This document shows positions 49,665-63,329 of a DNA stretch of 64,000 nucleotides, piece after piece. Under the pieces are notes generated by a model. The model made no database searches and had not been told where the DNA came from. It was given only the letters and a program-made list of their open reading frames with translations. This DNA comes from Lama glama (taxonomy: Eukaryota). Numbering within the stretch: position 1 is the stretch's first letter; each line of letters starts with the position of its first letter. A program made the position numbers and the translations under genes. The stretch is from assembly GCA_028534125.1 (NCBI GenBank), contig CM052817.1, forward strand, positions 38,938,001 through 39,002,000, written 5' to 3'.

Positions 49665-51200
49665 CACTGTATTACTCCTATAAGACAGCCTAGGGGTTTT
49701 CTGGGGATGGCCTGGCTTCGCTGCATTTGGATTCTGAACTACAGCCTAATAGCGAGGCCTCATTGTGGAAAGGTGAGAGAAAAGGCAGATGAGTCTTTTG
49801 AATAGAATTCAGAATAAGGATGGTCCTTTCAGGAATTGAAAAAGCAATTACTTCAGGCCCCTCCCTGGCCCTCCCAGATTTAACTAAACCCTTTGACTTT
49901 TACAATCCTGAGAGGAGGGAATCACCCTTGGGCTATTAGCTCAAAAACTGGAACCCTTACCCAGGTGATTGCTTACCTCTCTAAACAATTAGGTCAAACT
50001 GCCAGGGAGTGGCCTCCTTACCTACTGGCAATCGCAGCTACCACAACCCTGCTAAAGGGGGCTGAAGAGCTAACATCTGGTCAATCAGTCAGTACACGGA
50101 CTCCACACCAGGTTGGGGCTTCAGCAAGTTTTAACAGAACAGAATGATTATCCACTGGAAAGTTGATTGAAGTTTAGGCCATGCTTTTGGACAACCCAGT
50201 GGCTACCATATAAAACTGTCACATGCTAAATCCCGCCACCCGGCTATTTACAGAAATGAGACCCCTGAAGCATGAGTGTATAGAAACCAGAGATATGATC
50301 TATTCCAGTTATCCCTACTTGGGAAGTCTTAAATGCTGAAGAGAGGTGGTTAAAGGAAGCAAGCAGCTTTACGAAAGAGGGAAAAGGACTTGTGAGATAC
50401 TCATTGACCTCCCTGGCCCAATTCCTGGGAGCAAGATGCCTACCCCCAGGAACTTCTGCCCCCAAAGCAGTGCTAATAGCCCTCACCTGAGCCTTAGAGC
50501 TTGGGCCAGGGAAGATCTTAAATACTCACACAGATTTGCAGTATGGATCCTACACACATAGAGGCTATTTGAAAGGAAAGAAGTATGCTTATTGCAGAGA
50601 ATTAAAATGGACTTTGCACTCAGCCTGGAGACACCAATCATAGGGAAAAATAGAGAGATTCGATCAGACCTTGAAATGGGCCTTAGCCAAGCTATGTCGA
50701 AAACTGGAGCAAGATTCTCTGCCCGGCACACAGTTAGACCCCAGAGATAAGTTAAAGTGTGTTTAAACTCATGTATGGTAGACCCATTCCCCCAGCCCAA
50801 GAGAAGGGACACCTTAACCCCCTTGAAATGAAACAACTCAAGTATGGTCTCCGTGAAGGAGAAATCATGCAAGCTCTCACAGAATATGGCGACCAGGTCC
50901 TGCCCACTCCTACCAACCTGGCCCTCAGTCCCTTCCAGCCAGAAGAGAAAAAACCTAAACACCTGAAAACCCTTGGCAGCCCTCAGCATCAGCTCACTCC
51001 TAAGTGGAACAGACCCCACTTGCTGATCCTAACCAGCCATGCTGCCCTGAAGCTGCAGGCATCACTCCATGGGGACCTCACACTCAAGTGAAGAGGACCC
51101 CTGAGCTCCAACCTCCTGAGAGACAACCTGGGGCAACGGACCCCCTTAACTACTCATGTGAACATCTCTCTGACCTGAAGCTTCTCTTTGGAAAACAACC
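49665..51200 (+). pseudogene. Decayed gammaretrovirus-like pol (RT thumb/connection, RNase H, partial integrase)
   Basis: Remnants of RQ.RGFLGMA, ALPDLTKPF, VIAYLSKQL...WPPYLLAIAAT, TSAPKAVLIALT, FKLMYGRP and LTPKWNRPHLLILTSHAALKLQ. Many stops, frameshifts and deletions. Confidence 0.88.
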
Positions 51201-51610
51201 TGAGTATGACCAGGGAGATTCAGCCGAGGCAGTGAGCCTCCACATCGGGCACATTCACAGTTGCCTGCAGGAAAAGTCCGCGATTCCTTCATCTTTAGGA
51301 AAAACTTGACATGTGACCGTTGTTCTTTTGTTGATATTTGGGCCATGTATCTTAACTTGTCTGGGTCCTTTGTCTCCAAAAGGTTAGAACCTACAAAACT
51401 TTAAATGGCGGTTGCACAGAGGTAGGAACAGTTAGGGCCAAGGCCTGGGGACAATCAAACATCAGCAAAGGCAGCGGGGGAGAAGTTCTGCTGCTCTACC
51501 TGCAGTTGTGATGATGCCCAAACTCAGCAGGAGATAGTTACAGAAGACGAACCTTCACCCCTCAGCACCCCTCGAGAACGAGAAGCAGGACAAAAGACAG
51601 GAGGGGGACT

Positions 51611-52112
51611 TGTCACCAGCAAAGCGCGTTAACAATTCCCAGGAAATAAGAATAGAATCTAGATAATAAAGTAAAATCTGACCTTTTTTTTTTCCTTTGT
51701 GCTTCGTCTAGTTTCGCTTGCTCATAGGCCGCGTGCAGAGACTGCACCTGGCACTTCAGCCCAGAGTTCCTGGTGCGAAACAACTGCCCGACACCTCAGC
51801 TCGGGGGCCGCGTGCAGAGACGCTGCGCCCAGCACTGCGATGCCCGCGTGGGTGGCGCAGCCGCACTGCCCTGTGAGACGGGGATCGAGAACGCCGCCCC
51901 TCCCCGCGGCTGAGCCGATCCCTGCAAAGCAGCCCCGCCCGCGGCCTGTCCCGGGGAGCATGCGCTCTGGCCTGCGAGCACGCACCTCTCCATTCTCTGA
52001 TCAAAGAATGGAGCTTTCCTTCGCTTCTGAAGCAAGCTGTCTCGTTTTATTGGCCAAAGGACACCAGGCAGAAGGGGCCTTGTTGGGGAGTGACTTGGGA
52101 GGGTCAGTAACG
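51611..52112 (+). mobile_element. 3' LTR of the same ERV, unusually CpG-rich
   Basis: Follows PPT aaaagacaggaggggg; termini tgtcac...gtaac(g); internal 16-bp direct repeat ggccgcgtgcagagac at 51727 and 51806. Confidence 0.7.
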
Positions 52113-52969
52113 GCTCCATCTCTGATCTCCCCATGAAAGGCCTTATGAGCAAAAAAGAAATGGAAGAAAGGCAATAGAAATAGATTTAACATAAATAGGA
52201 AACTGATGTGTTGATATTAAAAAAAAAACCAGTCACAAAGTACCCAAGTATCAACCATGCCTGCCTAATTGTATATCTCCTAACTTTGCTAACAACTGGG
52301 GACTTGCCTATAAAAGCAAAGAAATGCCTTCTTCCAGGGATGGTGACAGACCAACTTGGAAGTACTTAGTGAGATTTTTTTAAACTCCTACAGTTTATCT
52401 TAAAAACTCCATATGTACTTGCTAATCTATTACATATATTTGAATATAAAAATGTATTAAAGTGTCCTTGAAGATGTGCCATTTTACTGGGGCTCCTGAG
52501 ACCTCTTGGCATAGTCCCACACACTCCAGAGAAACCCCCTTTGAGAAGCATGATGCCCTGCTGCTTCAAAACACTACATAGAACGAACATTTCCCTCTGT
52601 CATGCCCTTCAGATCTGTCACCAGCTTCCCGTGCCACAACCCTAAGAATATACATATACTTGTCTTTTGTGAATCTCAGGTGCAGAAGGCTGAGTTGATC
52701 ACGCTTCTCCATTCCCACATGGTCAAATCTTCATTCATCCTTCAATACTCATCTCAAAGCAGAGGCTTCATGTCCATGTGGCCCAACTGGACAAGGGAAG
52801 AGGGCCTCATTCATCCCACCACTGTCTCGGGACGTACTGCTGTGTGATATCATGCTCGGGCGTCTCTTTCTGTCTTTGTCTCCCCACTGGACACTCAGCT
52901 CCTGGAGGGTAGATGTATCTGGAAACTGCCAGCATCTAGCACAGCAGTGATTATTGAGTGATTCCTGGT

Positions 52970-53542
52970 TCATTTTACCTGACACACAGCAAGGCAAAAT
53001 GGTGAGACATCAAGTTTAGCATCAAAGAGGGGATTTATTTGCAAGGCAGCCAAACGAGGAGACAGGAGAACCAGTTACAGACACTTCAGCCTGAAGGTAA
53101 GGGGCTGGAGTGTTTGCAGCATGAAGAATAAAGCAGCAGCGTGGTCTGAGGCATGGGGAGCATAGGAAGCTTGGGGAAAGATGATCAGGAAAAGGTGCAT
53201 AATCCTAGTTCCGCCCAGGTGTAGCTAAGCCGCAGGCCTCTGCACGTTCAAAATGGAGATGCTTAGTTTGATCTGGGGGTGGAGTTTTCAACCCCCTGAC
53301 ATCAAAAAGCTCACCAAGTGGACCCTGGTGCACACCCAGTTATAGAGCAGGTGGTCCTATCTAGTCTTAACCAGGGCAGCTAGAACTAGAAACAGCTGGC
53401 TTCAATACCTGGCAAGCAACGCAGGCAACCATCTTATGGTTTAGGCTACAAGACGCTTGGAGGACATGCAAGTCTTGAAACAAACTTGATTAGTGAAGGC
53501 AGGTGAAGTGGATTTGACTCATTACTCACGGGTCCACTTTCA
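52970..53542 (-). mobile_element. ERV solo LTR
   Basis: gatttatttgcaaggcagccaaacgaggagacaggagaac... typical of a reversed LTR; caaaatggag motif. Confidence 0.65.
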
Positions 53543-55334
53543 AGTAAAGCAGCACCTGCCAAAACAGGCCTCCTTCAACTGTTACTTCAAATCAAGGCAC
53601 TTGTCTCTGAGCTCGCTGGTAAGTACTCAGCACAAGGGGAGGTAGGTCACAGCTGGTCCTGTACACCATTTTTGGACAAAGTATTTATAATATTTTCTTC
53701 TGACCTGTGGCCCATTCTTTTTCCCCTGGGCTTAACTCCATTTTTCTTTCTCTTCTCACCTGACTATATCTGTGAGAACTGATAATAATAGCTAAACAGT
53801 TAAAAACAAAATAAAACAATCAACACTGTATTTTTTTAAAGAGCAAAACCAAAACACAGAAAAAAAAAAGACCTTTTCCTCTAAGGATATGGAGAAAGAA
53901 TAATAGCAGAAATAGAAAGATCAGTAAAGTTTAGACACCCGAAAACTAGGAGGAAAGATGATTTCAGAAAAGAATGGAGTGGTAATCAGTTAAATGGCGT
54001 AGAGAAATCAAGTAATATAAGGACTGAAAGTAGTCACTGGATTGACAGTCAAGGTGGTGGCTTGCAGGTGACTGCGGCAAAAGCTGTTTGGTGGGTTGGC
54101 TGAGGTGGCAGATTTCAGTGGTTTGAAAGAGGAGGGTGAAAATGGAAGTAGGATCAAGATTATAGGTTAATTGTGGGATAGTCAGACAGCCTAGCTGGCG
54201 ACCTTGAATTTACAGTATCAGCAGCTTCCTCCAGCAGGACTCAGCCATTGGGACTGCAGGGAAGGAGTGGGGGAACCGTCTTATAGATTAGCTGCAGAAA
54301 GCTTTACACAGCTAAGTAGCCTCCAAGGTAAACAGTTACGACCACATAGGTTATTTAGAGCATTTGGTTTCTAAAAGGTCCAGAATCATCAGGAAGAGAT
54401 TTATGTCCCTTACATTTTGCTTAAAATATCATAAATATTTTAAATATAAGTTGGTCATTCACCTGTGAACCCGTTTACTCATCTTTAAAATGAGGATAAC
54501 ATTGCTTAACTTTATTGTCTCACAGAGTTCTTTGGAAGAGAAAACGAGAACATGGATTTGGAATTACTTCCAAACTGCGTAGCATTTTACAAAATGAAAG
54601 GCATTTTAGTTGTGAGTCAATGCTACAGATTTTTATTGTCATCATTGGTGTATGTCATTCTTCCTGATAGAAAGAACACCGTCTTTGTCTTCCCTCCCCT
54701 CCTCTAACCTCTTGTTCTCTCTCTCCATACACACACACACTCTCACCCTATCTCTCCTTTGCCTAGAATGCCACGTACCATATACCAAAAGTTAAGTCAC
54801 AAGAAGGAAAAGTAACACGTGGAAGATTTCACATCCTCAGTGGCTGTCTCACTAGATCTTGCTTGATCTGAGAAGTGGTAGATATAAAACATAAAACCGT
54901 AACACTGGAAGGACCTGAGGCAAATTCCAGGTCAGAGCGTTCATCCCCCAGAGGTGCTGGGACGCTCTCTGACCACACGGCTAATCTGTGGAGCCGACTC
55001 AATGCCACAGTTTCTCTGCTCCTTCTCCAGTGCTCTTTACCTCCCACCCTGAGCTCACCCAGGCCGCAGGGAGCAGGTCAGTTCACTAAAGTCATCTAAG
55101 CCTCACGCCAGAGGCCTTTGAAGGAAAGGCCTACTGCAGAGGTCCAGCCAGGTGCACAGGAGCTGGGTGCAGGTGGCAGGTCCCAGAGGCCATCCCTGCT
55201 GCTCATGGTGAAGGCTCTGCGCTGGAGGAAGGTGGAGCCGCCAGGTGCCTGGGACAGGTCACCATTACTTTATTTACATATAGCACTTTATTTGGAAAAA
55301 TTTCAAGCTTTCAAAAAAATACCAGAATAAAAAT

Positions 55335-55520
55335 AGAGGAGGAGGGTATAGCTCAGTGGTAGAATGCCATGCTTAGTATGCACGAGGTCCTGGGTTCAAT
55401 CTTCAGTACCTTCATTAAACTAAATAAATAAAAACTTTATCATAGCCCCCAACCCCAAAAAGACTGATTAAATTCAGTTTTTTAAAGAAGTTTAAAACAA
55501 TGTAAAAACTAAATTAAAAA
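55335..55520 (+). mobile_element. Vic-1-like tRNA-derived SINE with A-rich tail and 12-bp TSD
   Basis: ggagggtatagctcagtggtagaatgccatgcttagtatgcacgaggtcctgggttcaatc; TSD cagaataaaaat at 55323-55334 and 55521-55532. Confidence 0.92.
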
Positions 55521-56345
55521 CAGAATAAAAATGGTGCAAAGAATACCCAAATGTCCTTTACCCAAGTTCACCTATTATTAACTTTTTACCCCATTTTCTT
55601 TATCATTTGTGTACTCTCTTTCTATATGTACGTAAATTTTTTAAAATAGCGGTAAAATACTCATAACAAAATTTACCACCTTAACCATTTTTAAGTGCAC
55701 TGTCCAGTGATATTAAGTACATTCACATCGTTGTGCTGCCATCACCGCCATCCATCCCAGAACTCTTTTCATCTCGCAATACCAATAAGTACAACTGTGT
55801 GCCCATTAAACAATATATATCTACACACACACCCCTTCTTCTGAACCATTTGAGGGTAGATCACATACATCACCACTCTTTGCCCCTGGCTACTTCCGTG
55901 TATACTCCCTAACATTAGGGGCATTACCTTACATAACCACAGTATAGCTCAAGTTCAGTGAGTTCACATCGCTACCATACTTTCATCACCTCCCACTGAT
56001 ACTTCATTTTTGGTAGTGGACCCATTCATGCCCTTTGTAGCATTTCCCCCTCCACACAGAATGAAGTCTGGAGACAGGTATTATGCTTAGTGGTCACTCT
56101 CTCTAGCCTCCTTAAGCTGGATTGTTTCCACAGCCTTTCTTTGTCTTTTATGATTTTGACTATCTCAAAGAATATACTCTCCCCCTTTAAAAGAGCAGAA
56201 CATTCATCATTTTGTCTTTTTCTGATGTTTCCTTGTGGTTGCACTCAGATGACGCATTCTTGACTGGAATCCTACAGACACGACATGTTCCTCTGAGGGT
56301 CTTACATCTGGAGGCACATGATGACCAGCTATTCGCCACTGGTGG

Positions 56346-56868
56346 TGTCCACAGAAATAACAATAAGCGATCGATAAAGGAAATAGAAAACAGTTTTATT
56401 TGAGCCAAACTGAGGACAATAGCCTGGGAGACAGCCTCTCAGATAATTTCAAGGAACTGCTCCAGATAAGCATGGTTTTCAGCACAGTTTTATACCTTGT
56501 CAGAGCAAAGAACACCAAACAAGTCGGGGATATATTCCTTCAAGGATTCAGAAGAACAGAAAACAGAAAAGCAGGTCAGCATGTACACAGCAAGTCCCTG
56601 TGGCCTTGGTACCTAGGATCCGAGTATCATCACCGAAGGCACACGAGCACTGGCATCCCAGGAAGGGAGGCATTTCATCTTTACTTCTAACAAAGACATT
56701 CTTTACTTCTGGCAAACACGCCCTTTTCTTTAATGATTAAAGCAGATGTACAATGTATGTTTGATAGGCCATAAACAAGCGGTTGTAGTCAGCATAAAAT
56801 TCAAGTTAACTCGTGCATAAGCCAGAGTGATTTCCCCATACCTCAGTACGTGAACATTTCTTCCATTA
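56346..56868 (-). mobile_element. ERV1 solo LTR (MER41-like) nested in L1
   Basis: gttttatttgagccaaactgagga...gagacagcctctcagata...gaactgctcc, related to the LTR at 46958; flanks gtgg/gtga. Confidence 0.8.
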
Positions 56869-57609
56869 GTGATGCACAGTTGACTCCCAGATCAAGGTGT
56901 TATCTTTCTTCTCCACAGAATAATTACTATTTTACTTTTCCTTTCTTGCAGCTCATAAACTGTAGGTGAGAAGATACATGAAAATACCCCGTTCCTCCTC
57001 AAAAGTTCTCTTTAGATTTGGAATCTATTGATATTTCTTGCCTGATTCAATCTTACTGTGATAGTGGCAAAACGATCATTTTTAACTCCTGTACTCCTTC
57101 CACATTTACCAGTCTGAGCTCCACATTCTCCTGTCAGCCAGAGCCCTCCCTTTTTACCTGTCTGTCTGCCTATCTATCTATCTAACATTAGTATGAACTC
57201 GTGAATTCTTAATTCTTCAGTGGTTTAAAATGAATCATTTTGGTGCTCAAATTGTCCCAGAAGTCTCAAGCTAGCACCTGTGACATGTTCCTATCCTATC
57301 TTTTTTTTTTTTTAAATTTGGAGGACTTCCTTACTTTCTGACATAAGCTGTTTCTGGATTATCTTCTATCTGTCCTGGCCCAGCCCTGGAAATAATTACT
57401 ACTACTTCTTAACTAGGTGAAGCTATAGACTCAGGTGAAAATGCAGAAAGTGGGTATTAAAACTCTGGGGCAGAAAGACTTTGGGCCTCCCTGTAACATA
57501 AGCAAAATAGAATGGATAAATAATGCAATAATCTGGTGAGCAAGTTTGCTATTATGAGGAAAACCAGATTTGGCAATAAGTTATCCAGTGCCTGTGTCTA
57601 CAGAATACA

Positions 57610-57830
57610 GTAGTGGCTTAGCATATGGTCGCAGGAGTCAGCTGAATTCAAAGTTCAGCTGTCACGAGCTAGCTGTATGTCCTTTGGCCACAGACTTGTT
57701 TCTTCACCTGTAAGATGAGAATAGTAACGGTATTAACAGCATAAAGTGATACCAGGATTGCATTAAATAACCTGTGTAAGTGCTGAGCAGGATACATAGC
57801 ACAAAGTGAATCCTCAGCAAATCAGTTGTT
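57610..57830 (+). mobile_element. MIR
   Basis: gtagtggcttag...tttcttcacctgtaagatgagaatagtaac...tgtaagtgctgagca. Confidence 0.75.
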
Positions 57831-59259
57831 ACTGTCAAAATTATATTTGCTGGATTGTTCTTTTTCATTTTTACTGTTTCAAGTTGAATGAAAAAAAAGT
57901 AACATTATTCTTTTCTAGTTGAAAACCATTCTTCATTTTATAAGTCTTTTGAGTGTATTTGGAACTGAAACAATCATTTAGTGGCATAACTTCTGTTTTA
58001 TGTATGGTAGAAAGAAAATTTCTAGAAACTATATAACCAAGATTAAAACAGCCCTAAAGGGTGTTCAGAAAATAATAGTGGAACTGTTCGCTAGGGGGAG
58101 CTATTGTAACAGATTATGTTGTGTCCCTTTAAAAAGTATTTTTTTGTAGTTTATTGATAATCTTTGCTGTAAAGTGAAAATTGATAAGTATTATGCTGTA
58201 CTTTTATGCAGACTATAAATAATGTTTTAAAAGATAAACATTGTAGAGTGTAGATATTTACTAAGCTTCGAAAACTTCATGAGGATGCCATTCCATCTTG
58301 GCCAAAAGGATTTCATACAAATTCTAAGAGCTAAATAACCAGGAGGGCTATATAGTTAAATGAGGCTCACATTAAATAGTGGAACAAAATCAAACCATTA
58401 AAAACAGTTGCCAACATTCTCTAAAATGACTGTAGAAAGTAAAATAAAGACAAATGACAATTTAAAAGTGGTTTTCCTGCCAGGAGTGAGGAGAGACCTT
58501 TCACAGAAAAGAAGTGGTTTTGAATCAGAGCTAATTGGACAATTTGGGACAAAGGGCAAAGGGTCTGTCTGGTAGTCAGGTGAGCCAGCTTTCCTGCTGT
58601 CTGACCACAGGCAAGTCATTCAGCCTCAGGGGCCTTACCGCTAACGGTAGGGGGCTGGAGCTCCAAGTCCCTTTGGGTCCTCACACTCTATAATGGTAAC
58701 AGTAAAAAGGAGAAAGTCAGTGTAATTATGCTTAAGGTAGTTATTTGCTTACATTTTAATGCCTTATGTGTTATAGTCATGTGGCCTTAATTTTGCTCTG
58801 GTCAAATTTCCCCTAATACCAGAATCAGTCATAATTTATATATGCAAAAATTACTGACATGCAGTTATTACTACTGTTTTTGTTTTGGTTTGGTTGTTTC
58901 TGGAAAGTAAGAGAATACTAGAGTCCAAGGACTGGACTGAGCTGCAGGAGGCCTAAGCTGGCTATGTTGGTGTGGTTGGAAGAACAGGCGGGGTATAGTG
59001 CCCAGCACAAAGCCAAGTCAACCAATAGGAGAAATACATATTTTTTAAATAAGATTTTCAACCGAAAACGTTCATATCCATCGTGAATGTATGTATAATT
59101 GGCAGACCCAAATCATATTCCCACTTTTAATTTTGTCTGCAGAAATGCTTTTCGTATTTGGAAGAGTCCTTAGATCTTAGAGCATTATATTTAAAAATAC
59201 ACTGTTCCTATTTCAGTCAAAACTGATTTTATACTATGTACCATAACACTAAAGAGATA

Positions 59260-59725
59260 CTGGTAATTTGCAAAACTATCTTTAAAATATCCATTTGTTT
59301 CTTTCAAAAATGATGTGTCCATTTGCCGACCTTGTTGGGATCTTGATTCAAATTATATGGCATGAGACATCTGAGGGACATCTGAGGAAATATGAACCCT
59401 GAAGAATATTTGATGACATTAAGAAACTACTCTAATTTTTAGATGTGAAAATGATACTATAATTATACAGGTTTTTTTTTTAAAGGGTCCTTCTCCTCTT
59501 TCAGACATACATTGAAATAATTATAGATGTAATGGTATGATGTCTGGGATTTGCTTGAAAACAGTCCAGTGATTGGGGAGGGAGAGATGAGTGAGGGTAT
59601 GGATGAAACAAGCTTAGCCATGAGCTGGTAATTTTGAAGCTGGGTCCTGAGTATATGGGGGGAGGGTCATTATCTATTCTCTCTACTTTTGCATATTATG
59701 AACTTTTTCATGGTAAAAAGTTAGA
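59260..59725 (+). mobile_element. Old L1M 3'UTR
   Basis: tatttgatgacattaag...tgatgtctgggatttgcttgaaa...attctctctacttttg...ttttcatggtaaaaagtt. Confidence 0.75.
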
Positions 59726-60329
59726 AACAAATCACACGCCAAAAACTCCCAAACCCAACTGTCATTATTTAATAACTTTGAACTTAGTGTGGACCTAAGA
59801 AGACATCTTTTACAAGGGAAATTTGCAGTTCCAAGTCTTTTTCTTGATGATTGGGTCTGAATGTGTTAATCAATGCTGCCCTGTCTTAGCCCCTAACATA
59901 AGGAAAATGCTGAAGTGTGATTTTTAAATCATAAAAATGTGCCCATAGTAATAGCTCCATCTTTTGCATAATATTTAAATCAATTCATTGATTTCCAGTT
60001 GCCTGATACTCTTATTTTAGTAACAAAATAAACGATACATGGTTCAGTAAAGTTGACTCCATTTGGGTTCATTTGTGCGCAAAGTCTGAAGCCAATTAAG
60101 ATCTGCTTCTTGGCTGCGTGTCGGGGGACAGGGCATCGGTCTCTTGGCAAGGCTTGGTTTTTTCTGTCTTTACTGTACAGTTGCTAACCATGTTCTTGAA
60201 AAGAGAAATCCCACTCATGCCCTGCCTTGGCTCTTTGTATATTTGCATATAAAGAGATACGTATACAATGAGTGTCTGTAAATGTCTTATAAATGTCTCT
60301 ATTAAAAAGCCCAAAACATTCCCAGAAAA

Positions 60330-61760
60330 TAAAACTTCTCAACTCCATATTCTCCTTTCTCTGTATTTTTCTGTTTCCCTTTACAGCAAAACTCCTCAAA
60401 GGTCTACACTTGCTGTCTCCAAGTTTCTCTCCTCTAAGTCTTTCTTGAATTCACCTCATTTGGGCTTTTTTGACACCACCAACACCCCATTCTTGTCAAA
60501 ATCATTAATTGACTTTCCTTTTGCTAAACCCAGTTCTGAGTCCCCATCTGACTTGACCTATTAGCAGCATTTGACGTGGTTGACCACTCCGTGCTCCCAG
60601 ACACACCTGTTCACCTCAGATCACAACAATCTGCAGGTTTCCCTCACATCACTGCTCACCCCTTCTCAGTCTTTCTTGCTAGTTCTTCAGATTCTTGACT
60701 TTAAAGGCTCTGGCCTCAGTCCTTGAAATCCTTCTATTCATGCTCATATTCTTGATAATATTATTCAATCTCAACTTAGCTCTAAGTGTCGTATGAACAC
60801 AGATGCTCCTAAATTTATATACAGCCCAGCCCTCTCCCCATGAATTTTAGACTCTCAAATTTGACCACCTCCTTGACATCTGGGATGTAAAAAGTCATCT
60901 CATAATTTACGTGTCCAAAGCATGCAAATCTTCCTAACCGCATGGAACCTGATTCACCTCATCTAAGTGAAAGGCCACTCCATTCCAGTTCTTCAGGCCA
61001 AACCCTTAAAGTCATTCTCTCTTCCCCTTATAACTCACATTCAGTCCTTCTGCAAATCCTGTTGTTTCTACCATCAAAGTATATCTAAGCTCTGTCTACC
61101 TCTCACCATCTCCATGGTTGCCACTGGTCTCTGCATGTATTATTCCAAAGCCTCCTGCCTGGTCTTTCTTTGTTCATCTTTGGGGCTTAGTAGTCTAATC
61201 ACTAAACAGTGGCCTGTATGGTTCTTTTAGCACTTGTATCTGGTCATGCAGTCCTCTGCTCAAAGCCCTTCTGTGGGGACATGGAAGCCAGGGATCTCGC
61301 CCATTTCCTCCCCATCCCTGTGTCTCTTGCTCATCTCCCACTCTCCCCGCTTTACTCTCCCAGGTACCCTGACTTCCTTGCTGTCCTCTGAACACACCAG
61401 GCCTCACACATTCGTGTTGCTGACTTCTCTGCCTTGAACCATCTTCTCCATGATAACTGTGTCAGACATTGCTTGAAAAACATCATAGTATGAAGCCTTG
61501 CCCTGACTACACTCTATATTGCACCCTCCACTCGATCATCAGTGCCTTGCACTCCTACCCCTTCCCTTCTTTTTCTCTACAGCTCACATCACCCTTTGAC
61601 ATAGTGTTGTCTTTCCTTGTTACCTACCACCCATTGCCCATTGGAACATAAACTCTAGGTAGGCAGGGAGTTTTGTATGTTTTCTTCACTGCTACATCCC
61701 CACTGCCTAATTCAGAGCATGACACTTAGTGGATACTGAAATAGTTATTGAATTAATAAT
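60330..61760 (+). mobile_element. L2 3' region
   Basis: ttgacctattagcagcatttgac...ccagttcttcaggccaaa...caaatcctgt...ggcagggagttttgt...ttcactgctacatcccc. Confidence 0.85.
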
Positions 61761-63329
61761 TGATTGCCTGAGTCAGTCCCTGAACATTTCAAAGCCTACT
61801 TGTATAAATATCACATTGCTAGATATTAATAAATAAAATAGAAGGAGGTATAGAATAGAACAGAAGAATAAGTAGAACAAAGGAAGGAACAGAATGTCTA
61901 CATACGAAAAGGTCACAGGAGTGCCAGTTTGTTTAGAAGAAGAGTAAGGTAAATCTAACTTTAAGTCTGCATTTTTATAGCAAAAGCTATGATTTCACTT
62001 TGGTTGTATTTGGGTTGGATTGAGGGTGGGGATGATGAAGATAGAAGGGAGAAATAAGGTAGCTTTATAAAGTTCCTTCTTGGTGCTGTCATTTGTATGA
62101 GACAGTTTAGTTTACCAAGAGCCCTTTCACGTGCAGCATTATTGTTGCTTTCGAGCCTCACAACAACCTTCCTGGATAGACATTCCTATACCCACGTGGT
62201 AGATGAGGAATCTGGGGCTGTGAGAAATTAAGGCACTGTCCCAGGGCTCTGCAGCTACTTGGTGACGGAGACAATAAGAAAGGAGCTCAGTATTCGCTAC
62301 AGGGAACATGGAATTAAGCTCTACCTCCTGATTTGTGAAAATGCATTACCACAAATACCTTAGGGTCTTAGTAAAATCACTTAGGGTTTACATATCTGAC
62401 ACTAACAAAACCTAATGAAAACAAAAAATCCTGCTAAAATAATATCTGTACTACAGCTTGATAGTTTCACTCTGCTGATCCATTATGTTACTATGATGTG
62501 GAGACAGCCATAGAATTTTCAGTCCTATAGTTGCAAGGGCACTTGAGACATCATTTAGTTTACCCTGGACATTGTTTTCAGACTGACCTGCAATAACAAG
62601 AGTAACAATGAGGATTACCAAGCACCCTCCATCACCCAGAGCACACAGGGGCCGTCAAAGAAGAATGCCAAACGAATCTGCATTTGGAGGCCTCGCAAGT
62701 GAGAGGAAAGTCCACATTCTTCCTTGGCGACCTGTTTTGGTGTTTACCAATGCTCACCGTGGTTGGTCTTCTACTTAACGGATGGGAAACATGGAGGAAC
62801 CGAGCAGATTCCCTGGCACACCACTGAGCACTTTATACAAAGCAAATCTCCGTCCGTGGTTGGTGGGCCTGACACTTGCACACCTGGTCACCATTTACAA
62901 GTAGGGCTTCTATTTAGGGAGATGCCTGTTCCACAGACGTTCAGTCAAGGCTTAACCTCCAAAGGAAGTTGGAAGGAGGCAGGGCAGCAGGGGGGCTTCT
63001 TCCTGCTCCTCATGTTCAGGGGACACAGGAGGTAACTCAGGTACCGCCCCCTTTATATGCCTTTTTACTGTACCTTGTGGGTGGAAATGTTCTATTTTAC
63101 ACCTTCGCTGATCTGATCAAGTGCTCTTCCTTCAGCTGGTAAACTTGCCTCCCGGCAGTATGACCAACTCAGGGATCCTCACAAAACGTCATTATCATTA
63201 TAAAGGCCAGCTAGGCGTGGGGGTGGGCCAGCTCTCCAGGAAGCAGCGCACCCATTGAGAGATCACATGTTCCTCCGTCCCACTGTCTCTCTGGAAGAAC
63301 TGTTACTTCAGCGCAGCATCCCTTAGACA

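Larger units (their letters stand above)
55265..57390 (-). mobile_element. Old L1MC-type 3' region hosting nested SINE, L1MB-like end (~55640-55810) and LTR
   Basis: ttcacctattattaac...tctgaaccatttgagggtag...ttacataaccacagta...gctcaaattgtcccag. Confidence 0.75.

Noticed and set aside
49893..51309. pol-like ORFs as a domesticated retroviral gene
   Set aside because: Fragmented by stops, frameshifts and deletions; catalytic cores are incomplete.
51699..52152. GC-rich ORFs suggesting a first exon of a gene
   Set aside because: They lie within an LTR, with no recognisable protein or strong splice donor.
62600..63320. Moderately GC-rich unique region with TATA-like and GC-box-like words
   Set aside because: Not CpG-dense and no exon structure; I cannot support a promoter call from sequence alone.
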